DNA of 64,000 nt from Chlorokybus atmophyticus (taxonomy: Eukaryota; Plantae; Mesostigma and Chlorokybus algae). The notes beneath the pieces are model-generated. The model was given only the letters and a program-made list of their open reading frames with translations, was not told the origin of the DNA and searched no databases. A program made the translations under genes and the position numbers. The stretch lies in contig RHPI01001292.1 of the NCBI GenBank assembly GCA_009103225.1, positions 62,001-126,000 of the forward strand, given 5' to 3'. Of the stretch, positions 1 through 13,758 are shown piece by piece. Each line of letters opens with the position of its first letter. Position 1 is the stretch's first letter.

Positions 1-139
1 GGGGATGCTGTACGAGAAGATGATACCATTATTCAATGCAGACAAACATGCATCTCATCTATGCACCCACATCCATCTCGTCTTCATCACCACTAGCTAC
101 ACCATTATTAACTACCAAAAAACTGTCCAAAGTGGTTTG

Positions 140-2157
140 CTACCGTGCACCGCATGATCCGAACATTTGAATGTGGAGGAGCTTGAAGCGCAACTTGCGC
201 AGCGCCATCTGCTCGACTTTTGTGAAGTTCTCCGCATTTGCAATCACATAAGCCTCCATATGATCAAGCGCATACATGGCCTGACTAAAAGAAACACCTT
301 TTGGTGCTACATTGTCAAAATCTTCATCATCTGCAACAATGCACATAATGAGCACGACAAATTACGTACTCATGTGAGGTTTAATTGTATTCACCTTCTG
401 TAATGACCACATCATCATCTATGATGCTGTCCGGCTCGAGCTCCACCCCTACACTAGCAAGGATGGCCTCATCAGTGTCTTCCGGCTCTGTGGGCACATA
501 AGCATCAGTCTCTACGTACTCTTGCGGTGTTTGCAAGTCATCAGCCGGTATATTAAGCCTGCTCATCAGCTCCCCAAGCTCGTCAAACTCCTGTAGTAAT
601 CATGCATGGGTGCGTTAGTAACAAGCATTGTGGCGCATGCGCGCATCAGTGCTGCCTCTCATGCATGCTTGTACCAGTGATGGTGCAATTGACGTAGGTC
701 CTTGCTCATTGGCAGCACGCGCCTCAGCTGCCCATGCTGAAGGGATAATGCGTGTGTGGCGCCAGCAGTTGCGTATGGTTGAGGCAGTAATGTCACCTCA
801 CGCCTCCCTGCTCCACATGATTGCATCGCGGGCATTGACTAGCACCTTCCTCAAGTCCATTGTAGGGTCTAACTCAAGGTGCTGCAGAATGTGTGATAGC
901 AGCTTGCGCTTATACCTGTAAACAAGATTGCATAAGCTTCTACTAGGTTTGCGCATAGCTATGTACCACATCTTCGCACTGACTTCACTTTAAAAGCGGC
1001 AATAATGCCCGCATCAAGAGGTTGAACTTTGGAAGTTGTGTTTGCTGGTAGGAACAAATAAGTCAGATGAGAAAGTTCAACTTCAAGGTCTTGAATCCAC
1101 TCTTCGTGCCCGCCACGGCCTTCGCACATTGATGTGTTGATGAGTTGTCTAATAGCAACAGCACTTTGCGCTTTGCTTGCTCCATCTCAAGGTTGAAACC
1201 AATCAACCATGATGTAAACACCTGCCAACAAGCATGGAATATTGCATGCAATGCATGAATGCATAGTGCAGCACCCATGCCAGTACTTGATATAAACACA
1301 CACCTTGCTGTTCATCCACGCTGAGCTATTGTGTGTGTAGTTAACGCCTTTCTGAATGGGCCGCCATGCCATCCAAAGCATTGTGGCTTTGTCGTTGTCC
1401 CCATCAGCAGCAAAGGCCGCTTATCTTCACCTGCAGCATCGCAGCAAAATAGCATTGTAAAGCGAGTGCGCGCCTTTTTCAAGCCTTTCACCTTGTTGCC
1501 AATCTTGGCAAGTGTCTTGCTTGGGCGCAACCGAATGAACAAAGCCGCCTCATCAGTGTTATAGACGTCTTTGGGGTCATACTCGGCCAAAACTGCCATA
1601 ACAAAGCATCAACACATGCCGCACGCATGAGGACTGTGCGTGTGTACTTTGCACTTTACCTTGAGGCAGATCCGTCGATGCTTGCTGCACTCCCTCTTGA
1701 TCAGCATCCCCGTTTTCTCCATGAGGGGTGAAAGACTTAATACTAAAGCGATGCTTCCACCTCCGCAACCAACCGCTTGATACCCCTAATGAATGTGGCA
1801 GCTTCATGAGGCTTGCAAGCACACGCGCTTTCTCCATCACAACCAAGTCTGACATGCGTGCATTACTGCCCATGGCACGCTCAAACCACACATTCATGGC
1901 ATTGTCTAGCTGTGGGTAAAGCCCTAATGCATACGCTTGCATGTGTTTGCTGTGTGCCCTGCTGCGTTTGCACGTTCTATGAGGGCATCACCTGCCTCAA
2001 GCAACTTAGAGAGCGTTGACTGACATAGATCAAAGCCTAACTGCTCCTTGACCAGTGCCTGCTGGTCCGCTTGTTTCTTCACATGCTGCTTTAACCTGCA
2101 CAACTCTATAACAGACTTATTGTATCTTAAACTCAGCGCTGTGCGCTTTGACGCCAT
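140..2157 (-). mobile_element. Decayed pogo/Tigger-type (CENP-B-like DDE_1) DNA transposase gene
   Basis: Minus-strand ORF pieces give the canonical order: N-terminal HTH (QSTLSKLL), Tc5-type HTH (LDNAMNVWF...SSGWLRRWKHRF), then DDE_1 (VYNTDEAALF; VLLLLDNSSTH; LPANTTSKVQPLDAGIIAAFK near 990-1050). Frameshifts are present. An in-frame GT-AG intron lies at 1593-1659. Confidence 0.85.
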
Positions 2158-2367
2158 GCCTGCTGTGAAGAGTTGATTTTATGTTCGTGTCTGATGAATA
2201 CATGAGACAGCTGGAGAGGTAGTGATTCACATGTTGTAAGCCTTAGTAATAGCTGATTTGTGTATGTATGTGTGTGTACATGCATGCGTGCTACGCTCAT
2301 AGCTAATACTGTTACATTTGGTAGCAAAACGAGAAACAAGAAGATAGCAAATGCAACTGCGTTGATG

Positions 2368-2428
<61 letters not shown>
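2368..2428. repeat. (CA)n(GA)n microsatellite
   Basis: Seen directly in the sequence. Confidence 0.97.
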
Positions 2429-2430
<2 letters not shown>

Positions 2431-3369
2431 ACAATGAGTAGTAGCTGACGTGTGTATGTAGGTGTGCGCATGCGTGCGCTGATAGTTAATGAGCAATAAC
2501 AAACATGAGAAGGCAAACGCCACTGCGTTTACACACAGCGTGACTGTGTGCAGTGCCTTTTTCTCCACCCTTGTTAAGCCACATACCTGTGGTTGACGCC
2601 ACCGCCTCTGCCAGTCCGACTCTCCCTCTCCCTCTCCCTCTCCCTCCGCCTCCTCCCCCTGCTCCTCCTCCGCCGCCGCCGCCAGATGCACAAGTGTGCA
2701 ACGCGTAGCCTCTAGCGCAGGTGACATCCTCTAGGCGCCTATGTATGTCTGCGCCATGCATGCGCCGGCGCATGCAATAGGCACATCGACTTGTCGAAGT
2801 CGACACTCATGTGTCGATGATAACACCGAAAGTAGCATATATATATAGCTGGGTCATTGTCAATTAGGACTATGACGTTACCAATAGTATCATTGCTTAC
2901 TGGTCACTACCTAGTTTTAGGGACGTCCATGATGCGCCAAATTTTGCTACAAGCGCACATACTCCATTATCGTTTATGCCTTTAACGGCGCTTGACTTTA
3001 CATATGTACAATTACAGTGGCTTCACTTTCCCCAAGTACGATAATATATTTTACATTAACCGGTGTTTAGGCCAGTAAACTACATTACAACTTGAACCTT
3101 ATCCAGCAATGTGTCAATTGTTAGTGTTTGCAAGGTCAGTTTATATTGCCTTATATGCAAACATAACTCAGCACCAACCAGTGTGTACATGCAGCAGTGG
3201 TTTACTGCCATCTGTGCGACCATGCGCGGCGTGAGTATGCCACCCACGTCAGGGCACATCTAAGGGCCGCCGGACAATTTGCGCTGCCTACTACTCAGCT
3301 ACCATGCGATGCATGACAAAAAGAATTCAAGAATACAAAAAACTTATCTACAAGAGTCTTAACTGCAAG

Positions 3370-4271
3370 CTACACCATATCTAGTGCAGGTGGCACGGAC
3401 TCTATGCTATCCAATCGAAGCGCGGGGGCCTCATCTACAACAAAACGCGAGCATGCAGCGTGCAGCACCACCATCACAATATCGTTGGCAAACATCCGCA
3501 CCCTGCTTGCAATGATGCCGCTCTCGCCAACAAATGTCAACACGACCGGCATCTGATGCCGCCCTGGCTGTTCTTGCAAGTGGAGGAACAGAATTGACAA
3601 GTCTGACAGCAACACCATGTCTGTACAAGCGCAGGTCAAGGAGCGGCAATGAACCAGAGATGGAAAAGCACAACTTGGTGCATCAACAGCAACAGTCGCA
3701 TAAAAGCAGGAGCAGCAAGTAACAACAAGCAGAGCAGTGCTGTGAGCATGGATACAACCCTTGAGCCTGCCATTGGCTTCCACATCTTCTTGCGCTGTAA
3801 GCGCGAGCAGATAGAGCTGCAGACATTGAGATAGTTACTCTCAAGCAACACTGATTCTGTGACTGATAGGTGAGTACATACCAGTTGCACCCCCCGCACG
3901 AGAAGGAATATGAAGTTCCAGTCCAAAAAATAGAAATATACGGTCTGTAGCGCGAGCGTCACCAACAGGTTGTGCCGTATGGCCTGCCGACCCTCACGGC
4001 CTTGTACTAAGCCGCTGCTTTCTGCTTGGATGCCCGCCAGTAACAAACCCGCGGATGCTGATGCTGATGTTGATGGGTAGTTGCTGGACACCAAGTACCA
4101 ACAAAGTGTTAAGTTCAATGCCAAGCCATCACCTAAGCTAGGTTCAACTGCGGATTGCGCTCTTCTTGTGACATCAGCATGATATTGTACAAGCATGTGT
4201 ACAGTAAACATCATGTTGTAAAAAAGGATCTCGCAACACACAATGTGGTGTATGTGCATCTCGTGTATCAC
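3370..4271 (-). CDS. Possible multi-exon membrane protein gene, unidentified, boundaries uncertain
   Basis: A 211-aa ORF has hydrophobic stretches, a plausible donor (VQL|gtatgt) and an acceptor (cttacag|RKKMW). No family was recognised. Confidence 0.3.
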
Positions 4272-4761
4272 CCAACCGACATTGACAGTGAACTTGTTTC
4301 ATTCCATCACAGCCTTGAATTGCTAACATTCAAACAGAGGAAAAGCCTCACACCGTACGGACAAAGCCATGCAAACAGCTGAAATTTTATGCTAGCTATG
4401 ACGCGTTCCAAGATACCCCATAACAGCAACCTCACTCGCCATCCTTGCACAAAACATGGTTGCACACAATGTTGCGTTTGTAACCATGTTCAAGTGTAAC
4501 ATATCAAAAACAGTGTGCTGCTGAATTGCTTTGATAATTGCTGAAGGTCAACCACATCATTGGCAGACTACATGTAGTGGTAATAGCAGGTGTACCTGGA
4601 TGACGCCGAGGCGTCATCCGACATGAGCAGACAGCTGCTAACACCGGCGCGCGGCAGAAGCCGCAACCTCCTTCATCCAGCCTAATCAGGCTCCTCAAAA
4701 CCCACTGACAGCCAAGACAAAGGCCGCTTCCGCCCAAACCCCAACTCCAAGCCCCTGGCCC

Positions 4762-4770
4762 AAACCCTAA
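4762..4770 (+). promoter_or_regulatory. Telo-box (AAACCCTAA) in the intergenic region upstream of CGLD27
   Basis: Exact motif. Function is inferred from plant promoter knowledge. Confidence 0.4.
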
Positions 4771-5290
4771 ACGCAGGCAAGGCAAACTTGCGCTCGTTTA
4801 GCTCGTCGCTCTCCAGCCACAGTCAAGCTCTGTCAAATGATGTGAGATGTGATAAATCTGCACCAAAGAAGTTGCAACCACAAACGCCGCCGACGCCGCC
4901 GCCAACCCGCTCCACACGCAAGCAACACGCACAGCACGCCGCGACAACGGGTCAGTAGTGTACGCCACCCACCAGACACGTAGGAATTGCAGTGAAAGTT
5001 TGGAGTTGTGTTTATAGACGGATATCGCTTGCAGAAATAGAAGATATCTCTCATACCAGGGGAGCCGTGGTGAAGCCTACGACGGTGGATCGTAATCGGA
5101 GGGCTGTGAGAAGCTGCTTGATGAATTCAAGACTTCCAACATCGACCACATGTACTCTTGGTGGTGTAGATATCGGTGGTAGCCTGGTGGTGAAGTGTCT
5201 TGCAGAGGCAGCTGTAGGCAGCGCCACGTGGCAGCGCCGGCGGCGGTGTGGCAGTGTTGACTTACGCTATCCGTGTTCTTGTCGTTCGGC

Positions 5291-7121
5291 ATGGCTGCGG
5301 TGACAGCGTCAACTTCTGTTGCGTCCATGTCGTCGTCGTCCGCATGCCACTGTGGCGCCACGCTTAGGGTGGCCACTGCCAGCTTGGGGCAGACGGCGAC
5401 CACGACGACGAGGAGATGGACATCGTTCTCGTCGTCGGCGTCGTCGTCGTTTGTTTTGCTGAAACTCTCTCCCAAACGCTTGAGGAGATCGCTGTTAGCA
5501 CAACCGCCCTGCGCCATGGCAGCCTCAGACGGCAACCCAGGCGGCAAGAAAGGCGGCAGTGCTCCCCGCCCTTTTGAATTTGAGGTTAGGGCTTGCATGC
5601 TGTGTTTGCTGCAGGTGTCTCTTGGTAATTCAGATGAAATTTATACAAACTACTTGTTCATCGACTTATTAACAAGGACACGGATAGTGTTCGGGGTACC
5701 CACTGCCGTTCCAGTGGGTTTCGTGGTGCCTTTAATCTTTCACGTCATAATGGTATGACATTGTGACTTGCATTAATTGGCGCCATCCCATGCATTCGTC
5801 GCTTCAGCACATCGACTGGTTGCTGTCACAGCGTTTCATGGGTTAGTGTCATGTATTGTACTGCAACCCACCACCATCATTTGTTCTGGTGATCAGGAGC
5901 ATGTTAGTATTAGCTGGTATCACATCGGCGCCACATGTAGACAGTCTTGTGTGCGTGTCAATCTATAATGCATTCACATTGTAGTGCATGTAGCCTGTTG
6001 AGACAACACTTGGCACCACCGCAAGCACAACATACACACAGTGTATCAATCAACTCATCAAAAAGTGTTGGTCGCTCAATTGTTCCGAAGGTGCATACCA
6101 ACAGCACAACTTGTTTGTCAGATTTTGTACCATTGCTGAGTGCTTGTCCTGTTCGTATGTGCAGACCATTGAGTGCCCAGTGCCGCAAGAGCAGCGGCCG
6201 GTGAGGGAGTACGAGGCGCTGCGGGAGGCGCAGCTGTTCACGTGGGCAACCTTGCAGCTACCCGCATACAGCTTACGCCTTCTCGCAGTGTGGGCTATCT
6301 TCTTTTTTGCGGTACAGTACACACACAAACCAGTGACACGATGGTCGGCCTAGTGCAGTTGGATTAAGTTGGTTCGCGAGCGCGTGTGCGTTCTTGAGGT
6401 GTTTGTCACATACTCAGGTTGGCTGTCCCATTGCGGGATACACGTTCAAGCCCACCATCCAGCCGGTGGAGTTTGCTCTGGCGGGCGGCTCAAGCGCGCT
6501 GTTTATAGTCACGGTGGCGGTGTTGAGATTGTATCTCGGGTGGTCATACGTGGGCAACAGGCTATTTTCTGCGACTGTAGAGTGTAAGCAACAACTGCTG
6601 GAGTCACCTGTTATGCTACATTGTGTGACATCGGACTCAAGTTGTAATCATCGCGTGCAGATGAGGAGACTGGCTGGTATGATGGGCAAATCTGGGTTAA
6701 ACCGCCGGAGGTTTTGGCACGGGACAGGCTGCTGGGCTTCTACCAGGTGACCACACTTTGTTGTCCCGTGTCTATGTACAAAATATCGGATGCAGGGATT
6801 GTGCGTGCCGTGTGTGTGCATGCGCTCGTGCATGCTTTTCTGGGCGTGTTTGACACGCATGTTGGTGTATTGCAGGTCAAGCCCACGCTGGAGCGATTGA
6901 AGTTGACGCTGGTGGGTCTTGGGTCAGGGGTGACGGTGCTGGCGATGGCGCTGGCTTTCCTGCTGGTGCAGGACGCAAATGCCACCGCAGAGGAGCCGCA
7001 GCGGTATCCTGCGAGCTACAGCCGAGCATACAGCGAGGCCGCAGCTCGGACTTACGAGAAACTTGATGAAGAGGAGGTCGTGATGATATCGAACACAGAA
7101 GCGCCGGATTACTGCCGATGA
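5291..7121 (+). CDS. CGLD27: CGLD27 / Ycf36-like (DUF1230) chloroplast membrane protein, 5 exons (approx. 5291-5584, 6165-6311, 6418-6581, 6661-6746, 6876-7121)
   Basis: Ser/Ala-rich transit peptide, then CPVPQEQRPVREYEAL, LRLYLGWSYVGNRLFSATVE|YEETGWYDGQIWVKPPEVLARDRLLG and VKPTLERLK. GT-AG junctions keep the frame. Confidence 0.9.
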
Positions 7122-8538
7122 TGATGATCCTGAGCTCTATTGTGGGACTGTGTAGGTACATATTGCTAGGTAGTTTTCAGTAGTATAGCTAGGTGATTGC
7201 TACAACCCAGATACATAAATATTATCAACAGAACATCCACAAGCTGGAGTTGTGTCTCAGACCCGCCTGTTGGGAGAACCATTGCAACATACTGACCTGG
7301 CGTCAGTCTACAGCACTGGATATACGGCATTTGGCGCATCGCTTGATGCAGTGCACCACACATCACATGGGTCGGTTGATGCGCTCCTGGCAACACTTTT
7401 GCAACTGTGTCAGTATCAGTTGTTTGTGGGCATGCAGACTTGTGACACTGCGTTTAGAGTTTGGTGCCTAGGATGAGACCGTGAGGGCATACTTTGCATC
7501 ACTGCAGTTCGTGCACTTTCATCCTTCTTTCTCTTTTGGCGTGCTACACAGGAGTTCAAAAATAAGCTTCAACCACATGAGACCTAATTCATGCCTTACC
7601 AAGCACACCTCTCTTTCACACATACCAGCACACCCCTTTTGTACACAGCTGTCAAGCTGGTTGACATCATGATGATGATGGCGGTCTGACAGCCGAGTGA
7701 CTTGATGAGTGCAGCAGGGCAAGGTTGGGGAGCGGCGGCGAGGGACGTCATGTTGTTGATATGATTGTGATGGCTGGCACTGACGCTTTCAACGGTGCGG
7801 CAAATATTGTGACTGCCTGCTGCTAGGGGGCTGTGCTTTAAGAGGCTAGGTGCAGCACATAGCCTGGCGGTGATGAACACAATGTGGGAGTGACTGTGTC
7901 ACGGTTGCAACATGCATGAATGCGATGTTGTGACATGAAGTAACAGAGTGCATGCAACTGCACGTTGGCATGTGCAGCTGAGGACCCAGTACTGTGCTGC
8001 GGCAAGGCACCAGTCCAAAGAGAGTGCATGCCAGTGCAGCAGCAATACACAATTTCCTCTAATTACTCTGATCAATTACAAAGAAAAAACCTCGCAGGTG
8101 CTGCATTCTAACCCTCACTAACACAGACAAGAACCCACCCGCAGTATTGCTGTGAAATCCAGTTCTCCGCCTGTTCATGTGTCCGAAAGCAGCCTCAAGC
8201 CAATGACGCTCACCACAGCTCACTGCCATTGAGCGCCACAACCAGCCGGGTGACAAACCTTCTGTTGCTTCAATGCCGAGCGACGCTTGCAGTGCAACTT
8301 TGCATCAGCCTTGCTACCTGTTGTGTAACAAATGACCAACATGGTACGTTACAGTACAGCCTCAAGTACCAGCACATGCGTGCTTGACACTACTCTTGCA
8401 TGCATCATGATGTCACACTGACAATTATACTACCCGGCATGACAAAGCAGCTTACCTGATGCATGCTCAGCTGAATGTTATCAATCATAGCAGAGCGCTT
8501 GTGTGACAACAAGCCAAGCGGAGCCCAAGCGGGCATTA

Positions 8539-11500
8539 CTAGTCCTCTTCCTCTGACTCCTCGTCGAAGACCGGCTTAGGCTGCGTCTCCTTATACGCTG
8601 CAGTATACATTGGGTTCTTGGCCGCTTCATCGGCATGCTTCAGCATGGCTGCGCGTGGGTCTTCATCGTGAAAGCTCTTCATCTTCATGCCAGCCTCCTG
8701 AGGAAACAAACAAACGAACCCAACATTCAAGACCTTTACATAGTTTAGGATCTTGAGAACACATGTGTCAATATCAACTAGCATTGCACCTTCATGAGGT
8801 ACTGCGTGAGGACACTCTTTTGCGAGTTGCCCAAGCGGCCGCCGAAGCCCGGGCCTGAGATGGGCATGTCGGGTTTGTGGGACTTTGTGGGGTCGGCGCG
8901 ATCCTTCTCGCGCTGGCGCTTGCGGTTGGGCTCGTCGCGGAAGAGCGGCAGCGCGTGAGGGTTGCGCACGACGGGTGCCGCCGCAGCGTACACCATGTCA
9001 AGCGCACTGGTCTTGCGTGGGGCCCGCGCCACACACACCAACGCGCCACGCTCGCTGACCTCCGGATCGTACAGCACGTGTGTCGCACCGCTCTTCTTGT
9101 CTCCACATCCAGCCAGTATCTGTCATGCCATGCAAAAGATTGACACTCAACAACTCTCCTTGACACATGTAAGTTGTGACATTGACCACAACATCAGTCA
9201 CGCCCGCTATGGCATGCACGTGTGCGTGTATGTGCGCGTGCGCACACACACGTGCACACACGCGTGTGCTTGCACACACACCTGATTGAGACGGGGATGC
9301 CAGTTGAGGGCGACAACGCTTCCCTGAGAGACGCCGACTCTTCGCACGAGTTCCAGCTTGGCGCGGTCGAAGAACACGAGTGCTCCTGTCTCGCCACCCT
9401 TCGTGACGGACGTCCCGGTCACAATCAGCTGGCCATCAGGACTGAACGCCACTCCCGTTTGCGCCACTATGTTGGGCAGGTCATCAAAGCTGGCGAGTGG
9501 GTCCTTGAACTTACGCAGATCCCAGATCTGTTGCGCCCGGAGATGTAACCGAGCATATCACATGGGTATTGGATAGATGCCAAGCGTACATTTGAATGAT
9601 CAGCACACTAACCTTCAAGGTGTCATCGCAGCTGCGTGATACAAGTGTTTGCGAATCGCTGTAGAACCGCACGCACGATATGTCCTCGTTCGGCGCATGA
9701 GCTTTTGCAACATAGAAGTCCGGGCGCTGTCCCATGAAGCTCCCGCTCTTCCAAACCTGCACGCAACGCGCACTGTCAATGCAACACACAGTGCACACTT
9801 GCACACATGCTGACGCAATGTGTGTCCCTACTTGTAAAGAGCCGTCGGCGAGCCCGCCAGCAATCAACTTTCCATCGGCATTGTACGAGCACGTCGTCAC
9901 GGACACGCGCATGGGACGCGCTAGCTTGGGCTTTATCACATGCTTCTGCTGCTTGAGATCACTTGTGTCCCAAACTCGCAAGGTTCCATCCTCGCTGCAC
10001 GTCAACACGGTGTTGCGCTCCGTAGGATGCCACTGACCACCTGCATACGAGTGATGGATGGAAGTCAGTCAAACCATGCATGACACTATCTCAAACATGC
10101 TTGAAACCATTCTTGTACTCACCTGTGACAGCAGTGAGGTGGCCTTTGGTGTGTTTGGCATCGCGCAGGTACATGTCTCCCCGGACAGTCTCGCCGACCA
10201 TCAGGCCGTCTCTGTCAAAGATCTTAAACTTTGCGGCGCCGGACGTTGCCATGAACAGGTCTCCTGACGGACTGAAGCTCAGTGCGGTTATAGGATGCGC
10301 TTCAAAGGGCTCCAGCTGGCGAAAGGACCTCAGATTCTGGTTCATGCCCTGTTAAGTAGCTACCATGTTCAGAACTTGCCACACACGCAAGCACACACGC
10401 ATCACAGGCAAAAGCATGCACGATCACACGAGCGCTATGCACACACGCACATGCACACAAATGCGCACATATGCATGTGAGCATGCACGCACAATGTTGC
10501 AGTCTCACTGTCACCCACCTGGAAGTCGAACATGCGAACCATGTAATCGTGCGATCCAGTAAGCACGCGGGAGCCGCTGTGGTCAATGGCGACAGCTGCA
10601 ACGGTCTTTGTGTGGCCGCCAAGCCGGATCTCATTGGCAAGAGGTATCCTGTAGGGGTCGATATCAGGTCCGTCATCGGCATCACCATCGGAGTCATCGC
10701 CGTCATCAGACTCGGACTCGGCCGCAGGAGGAGGCGGCGGGGGTCCAATCATCGGCACTCCGTTGCTGTCTTTGCTTTGTTGGGTTGTGGCTGATATGTC
10801 CACGCGCTTGGTCTTGTCATGCACTGCACTCGCAATCACCGGCGCCTCTTGCTTCTTCCCGAATGACATGGGAAGATGCATTCGCATGGCCATCTCATCA
10901 TCTGGCTCTTCTATGACAGCTTGCGGCCCTGCCGGACCGTCCTCATCATCGTCCTCATCAACACCATTTCCAGTTTCATTGCTGCCATCCTCGACCTCAG
11001 GCGGCTTCGGCACATTCTTGAAGTAGCTACTTGCAGCTTGGGCCTGAGAAGAGACAGTTGTCAACACTGATTGTGTTGACGCTAAGGGGAATGGCTGGTT
11101 GTATGAACAAATGGACTCACCCGCGCCTGTTCGCGCATTTGGCGCTCTCTTAGTGTGCTCAATGAGACCCTGTCTTCTCTGCCTGAAGCTCCAGCACGCA
11201 ACGCGCGTAACTTGCGCTGCAAACAGTCACAGGCACAAGTGTATAGATGTAATTTTGAGCTACAACCCAAGCCTTGCCAGACCACACACACGTATGCGCG
11301 CAACCTCTGAAGAAGCGTAAAGCCATAGAGACGCGTACACACGCTCGCACAGACACATGCATGCACGGGAGCGCGCGCGTATGGCAAGAATGGCGTGGTT
11401 GCACACACGTCAATGTGTAGAGTTGTGCAGGCTTGTGCATGCAAGTGTTGCCGTAATCACTGTGCACGACACAACCTAACAAAACAAGTTTGCCTTAGCC

Positions 11501-11869
11501 TGATGTACTGTCAGACGAACTTGCACACAACAAGTCGGTTAGTGATTAAGCCACAGCAGATGGTTGGTGCAACGTGGCAGACAATAAGGGGTGACTGACA
11601 AGGATGCGTGCAATGCCACCCTCCTCACATACACTACTGCAAGCTTGCTATCTTTCATACATGCACACAACAACTTGCTGCTCGGGCAGCCTGTCAATTG
11701 AGAGCGATGGGAGAAGATGAGACAACTGTTTCTGTGTGGATGTTTGGTTTGGTTGTTTCTGTTGCGTCTGTTGTGCAGCAATTCAACTCGAAGTGTATTT
11801 GAACAAGAACAAGAACGACAACGGTGCCAAGCTCACCATCTCGGCGTCATCTTCGTCGGAAGATGCCAT
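8539..11869 (-). CDS. WDR70: WD repeat-containing protein 70 (GAD-1-like), multi-exon
   Basis: The first exon is MASSDEDDAEM. Later exons include LPMSFGK, GHTKTVAAVAIDHSGSRVLTGSHDYMVRMFDFQ|GM, SFRQLEPFEAHPIT, GDMYLRDAKHTKGH, NPHALPLFR, DPTKSHKPD and DEDPRAAMLKHA...AAYKETQPKPVF. Confidence 0.92.
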
Positions 11870-12031
11870 GAGCTCCTCCTGCTACTAGTCACAGCTGCTT
11901 GAATGACAGATTCTTCAATGCGGTCCTGACCAGACCAGCAACAACCACACCAATACCAACGCCAACACCAACTTCGCCGCCTGCCGCTTACAAACAGTAA
12001 CAAACAAACCCTAATCCACACATCTGCTGTG
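11870..12031. promoter_or_regulatory. Compact bidirectional promoter between WDR70 and SRPRB with a telo-box at 12006-12014
   Basis: The divergent start codons are at 11869 (-) and 12032 (+), with AAACCCTAA between them. Confidence 0.65.
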
Positions 12032-13758
12032 ATGGACAACGCTGCGATGGCGGCACAGGCGGCGGCACAGGCGGACATGGCCAGCGTCAGCGCCGGTGCC
12101 AAGCTGCCAGCTATCGCCGACGTGGCGTCTGCCCTCTCGGTAAGCCTCAAGCTTTCCGCAGCTCTATGCAGCTCCTGCGCCTGGCTAAGCTTGCATATTT
12201 TTAATGATAGCGCAGCAAGTCCTGTGTCCATGCACGCAAGCTTGTGTAGTGCTCCTTCTAGCTGTGTGTATAATGCTTGGCGTATTGATTGGTAGAATGT
12301 ACAGCGTGGTTGCTTAGCTGCTTTATCAACATGTCTGGCTTCAGGACGTGATTCAATGACACACGTGATGAGACTTTGTTGTGTGTGCAGGTTAGCGAGG
12401 AGGTTGCGCTTTTTGTGACAATAGGGTTTGCGGCGCTGTTGGGAGCTGTGCTTCTGCTTCTCATCACTCTTTCCAGTGAGTTTTCGAGCCACAATGGTCG
12501 TTACGTGACCGAGCCAGTTGTTTTTGCACATACGTTACGTGTCATTGAGGCCAACACAATTTGGAATTGACTATACTGAACCTTGCATTGCAGCATGACC
12601 GCGGCTTCGTCTAAACATCTTATCTCAGCACATGCACCAAGATTATGAACTTTGTTTGGCCCTGCAGACCGGTCTAGCGGCAAGGCCGATAGCATACTGA
12701 TCGTTGGATTGATGGGTGCCGGCAAGACAGCGCTATTCTCTCAGGTGCTGGCATGTTACAGATCATGCAAGGGTTCATGCAAGCATGTCGCAGGCTGCTT
12801 GTCTTGCTTACTGATGATGAGTGTGCTTGCCTGTCGTGCCAGCTGCGCGATGGTACAGTTCACAACGGCACCGTAACCTCACTTGACAAGAATGAAGGGC
12901 GGTTCATCCTCAACTCAGAGAAAGTGAAGGTGCATTGATGAACCCAAGCTTAATTCTACAAGTTGCATTGTGCTGATGTTGTGTGTTTCACATACCATGT
13001 GTGGCGTTCCATAATACAACCATTCTCCTTTGTCAGGCTCCTCGTGCTCGGCCCGTCCACGTGGTGGACTTGCCGGGGCATCCACGCTTGCAGTTGAAGG
13101 CCGAGCCGTACATTGGCAGCGCTCGCGGCATTGTGTTTGTGATAGACGCTGTGGAGTTGCTGCCCAACTCACGGTCCATAGCCGAGTAAGTGCATCAAAG
13201 AGTTTGGAAGGGTGTTTTGTCATACAAACGGCTCAATGCTGAGCTTTGGTGCTTGCAGACGGATGTATGAGCTACTGACCAATCGCAGCATCCACAAGAG
13301 GAGAATACCGCTCCTCGTGGCATGCAATAAAATGGACAACCTCAACGCGCATACCGTTGAGTTCATCCGCAAGCGACTGGAAAAGGAACTGTAAGTGCAC
13401 TTCATGCCTCATATATATACTCTACACATGTACACAAATCGTATGCGTTGTGTGCACGTGTTCTTTGATGTTCAAAAGTTGTATCAAATCATGCCCGGCT
13501 TGACCGGATAGAATGTAATTGTTGACTCCCTTTTGTTGTAGTGATCAGCTGCGCTCGACAAAGAACACGCTGTCGGAGGCGAGCACGGCAGCGGTGCGAG
13601 CTGCGGGTTCGTCTTCAGGGGAGGTGTATCTGGGCAGCAAGACCGAGGCATTCAAGTTTTCGCAGCTGCCCAACAAAGTCTCCTTTGCCGAAACATCCGT
13701 TGCACAGGGAAACATTGCCGATGTTGAGCGCTTCATCAGAGAACGCATAAGGCCTTAG
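12032..13758 (+). CDS. SRPRB: Signal recognition particle receptor subunit beta, 7 exons
   Basis: N-terminal TM helix, P-loop GLMGAGKT, VVDLPGHPRL, GIVFVIDA, LLVACNKMD and EFIRKRLEKEL|DQLR, all typical of the SR-beta GTPase. Confidence 0.93.

Noticed and set aside
2133-2727. ORFs with LSLSLS or EGEGEG runs and an imperfect direct repeat (about 2262-2370 vs 2450-2540)
   Set aside because: They are driven by microsatellites and low complexity, with no recognisable domain.
2784-2820. Cluster of TCGA-centred near-palindromes
   Set aside because: It is short and imperfect, with no associated Helitron, MITE or TSD signature.
3431-3673. Cys-rich ORF resembling a defensin-like peptide, with a nearby signal-peptide-like stretch
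   Set aside because: I found no splice combination that joins them in frame. The overlapping alternative frame is open longer, so the Cys pattern is probably chance.
5615-5758. Open frame continuing inside CGLD27 intron 1 after an AG
   Set aside because: It would need a 30-nt intron and ends in a stop before the conserved domain. Splicing 5584 to 6165 gives the conserved protein.
7150-8530. Short ORFs between CGLD27 and WDR70
   Set aside because: No recognisable domain or consistent exon chain, so likely UTR or intergenic sequence.
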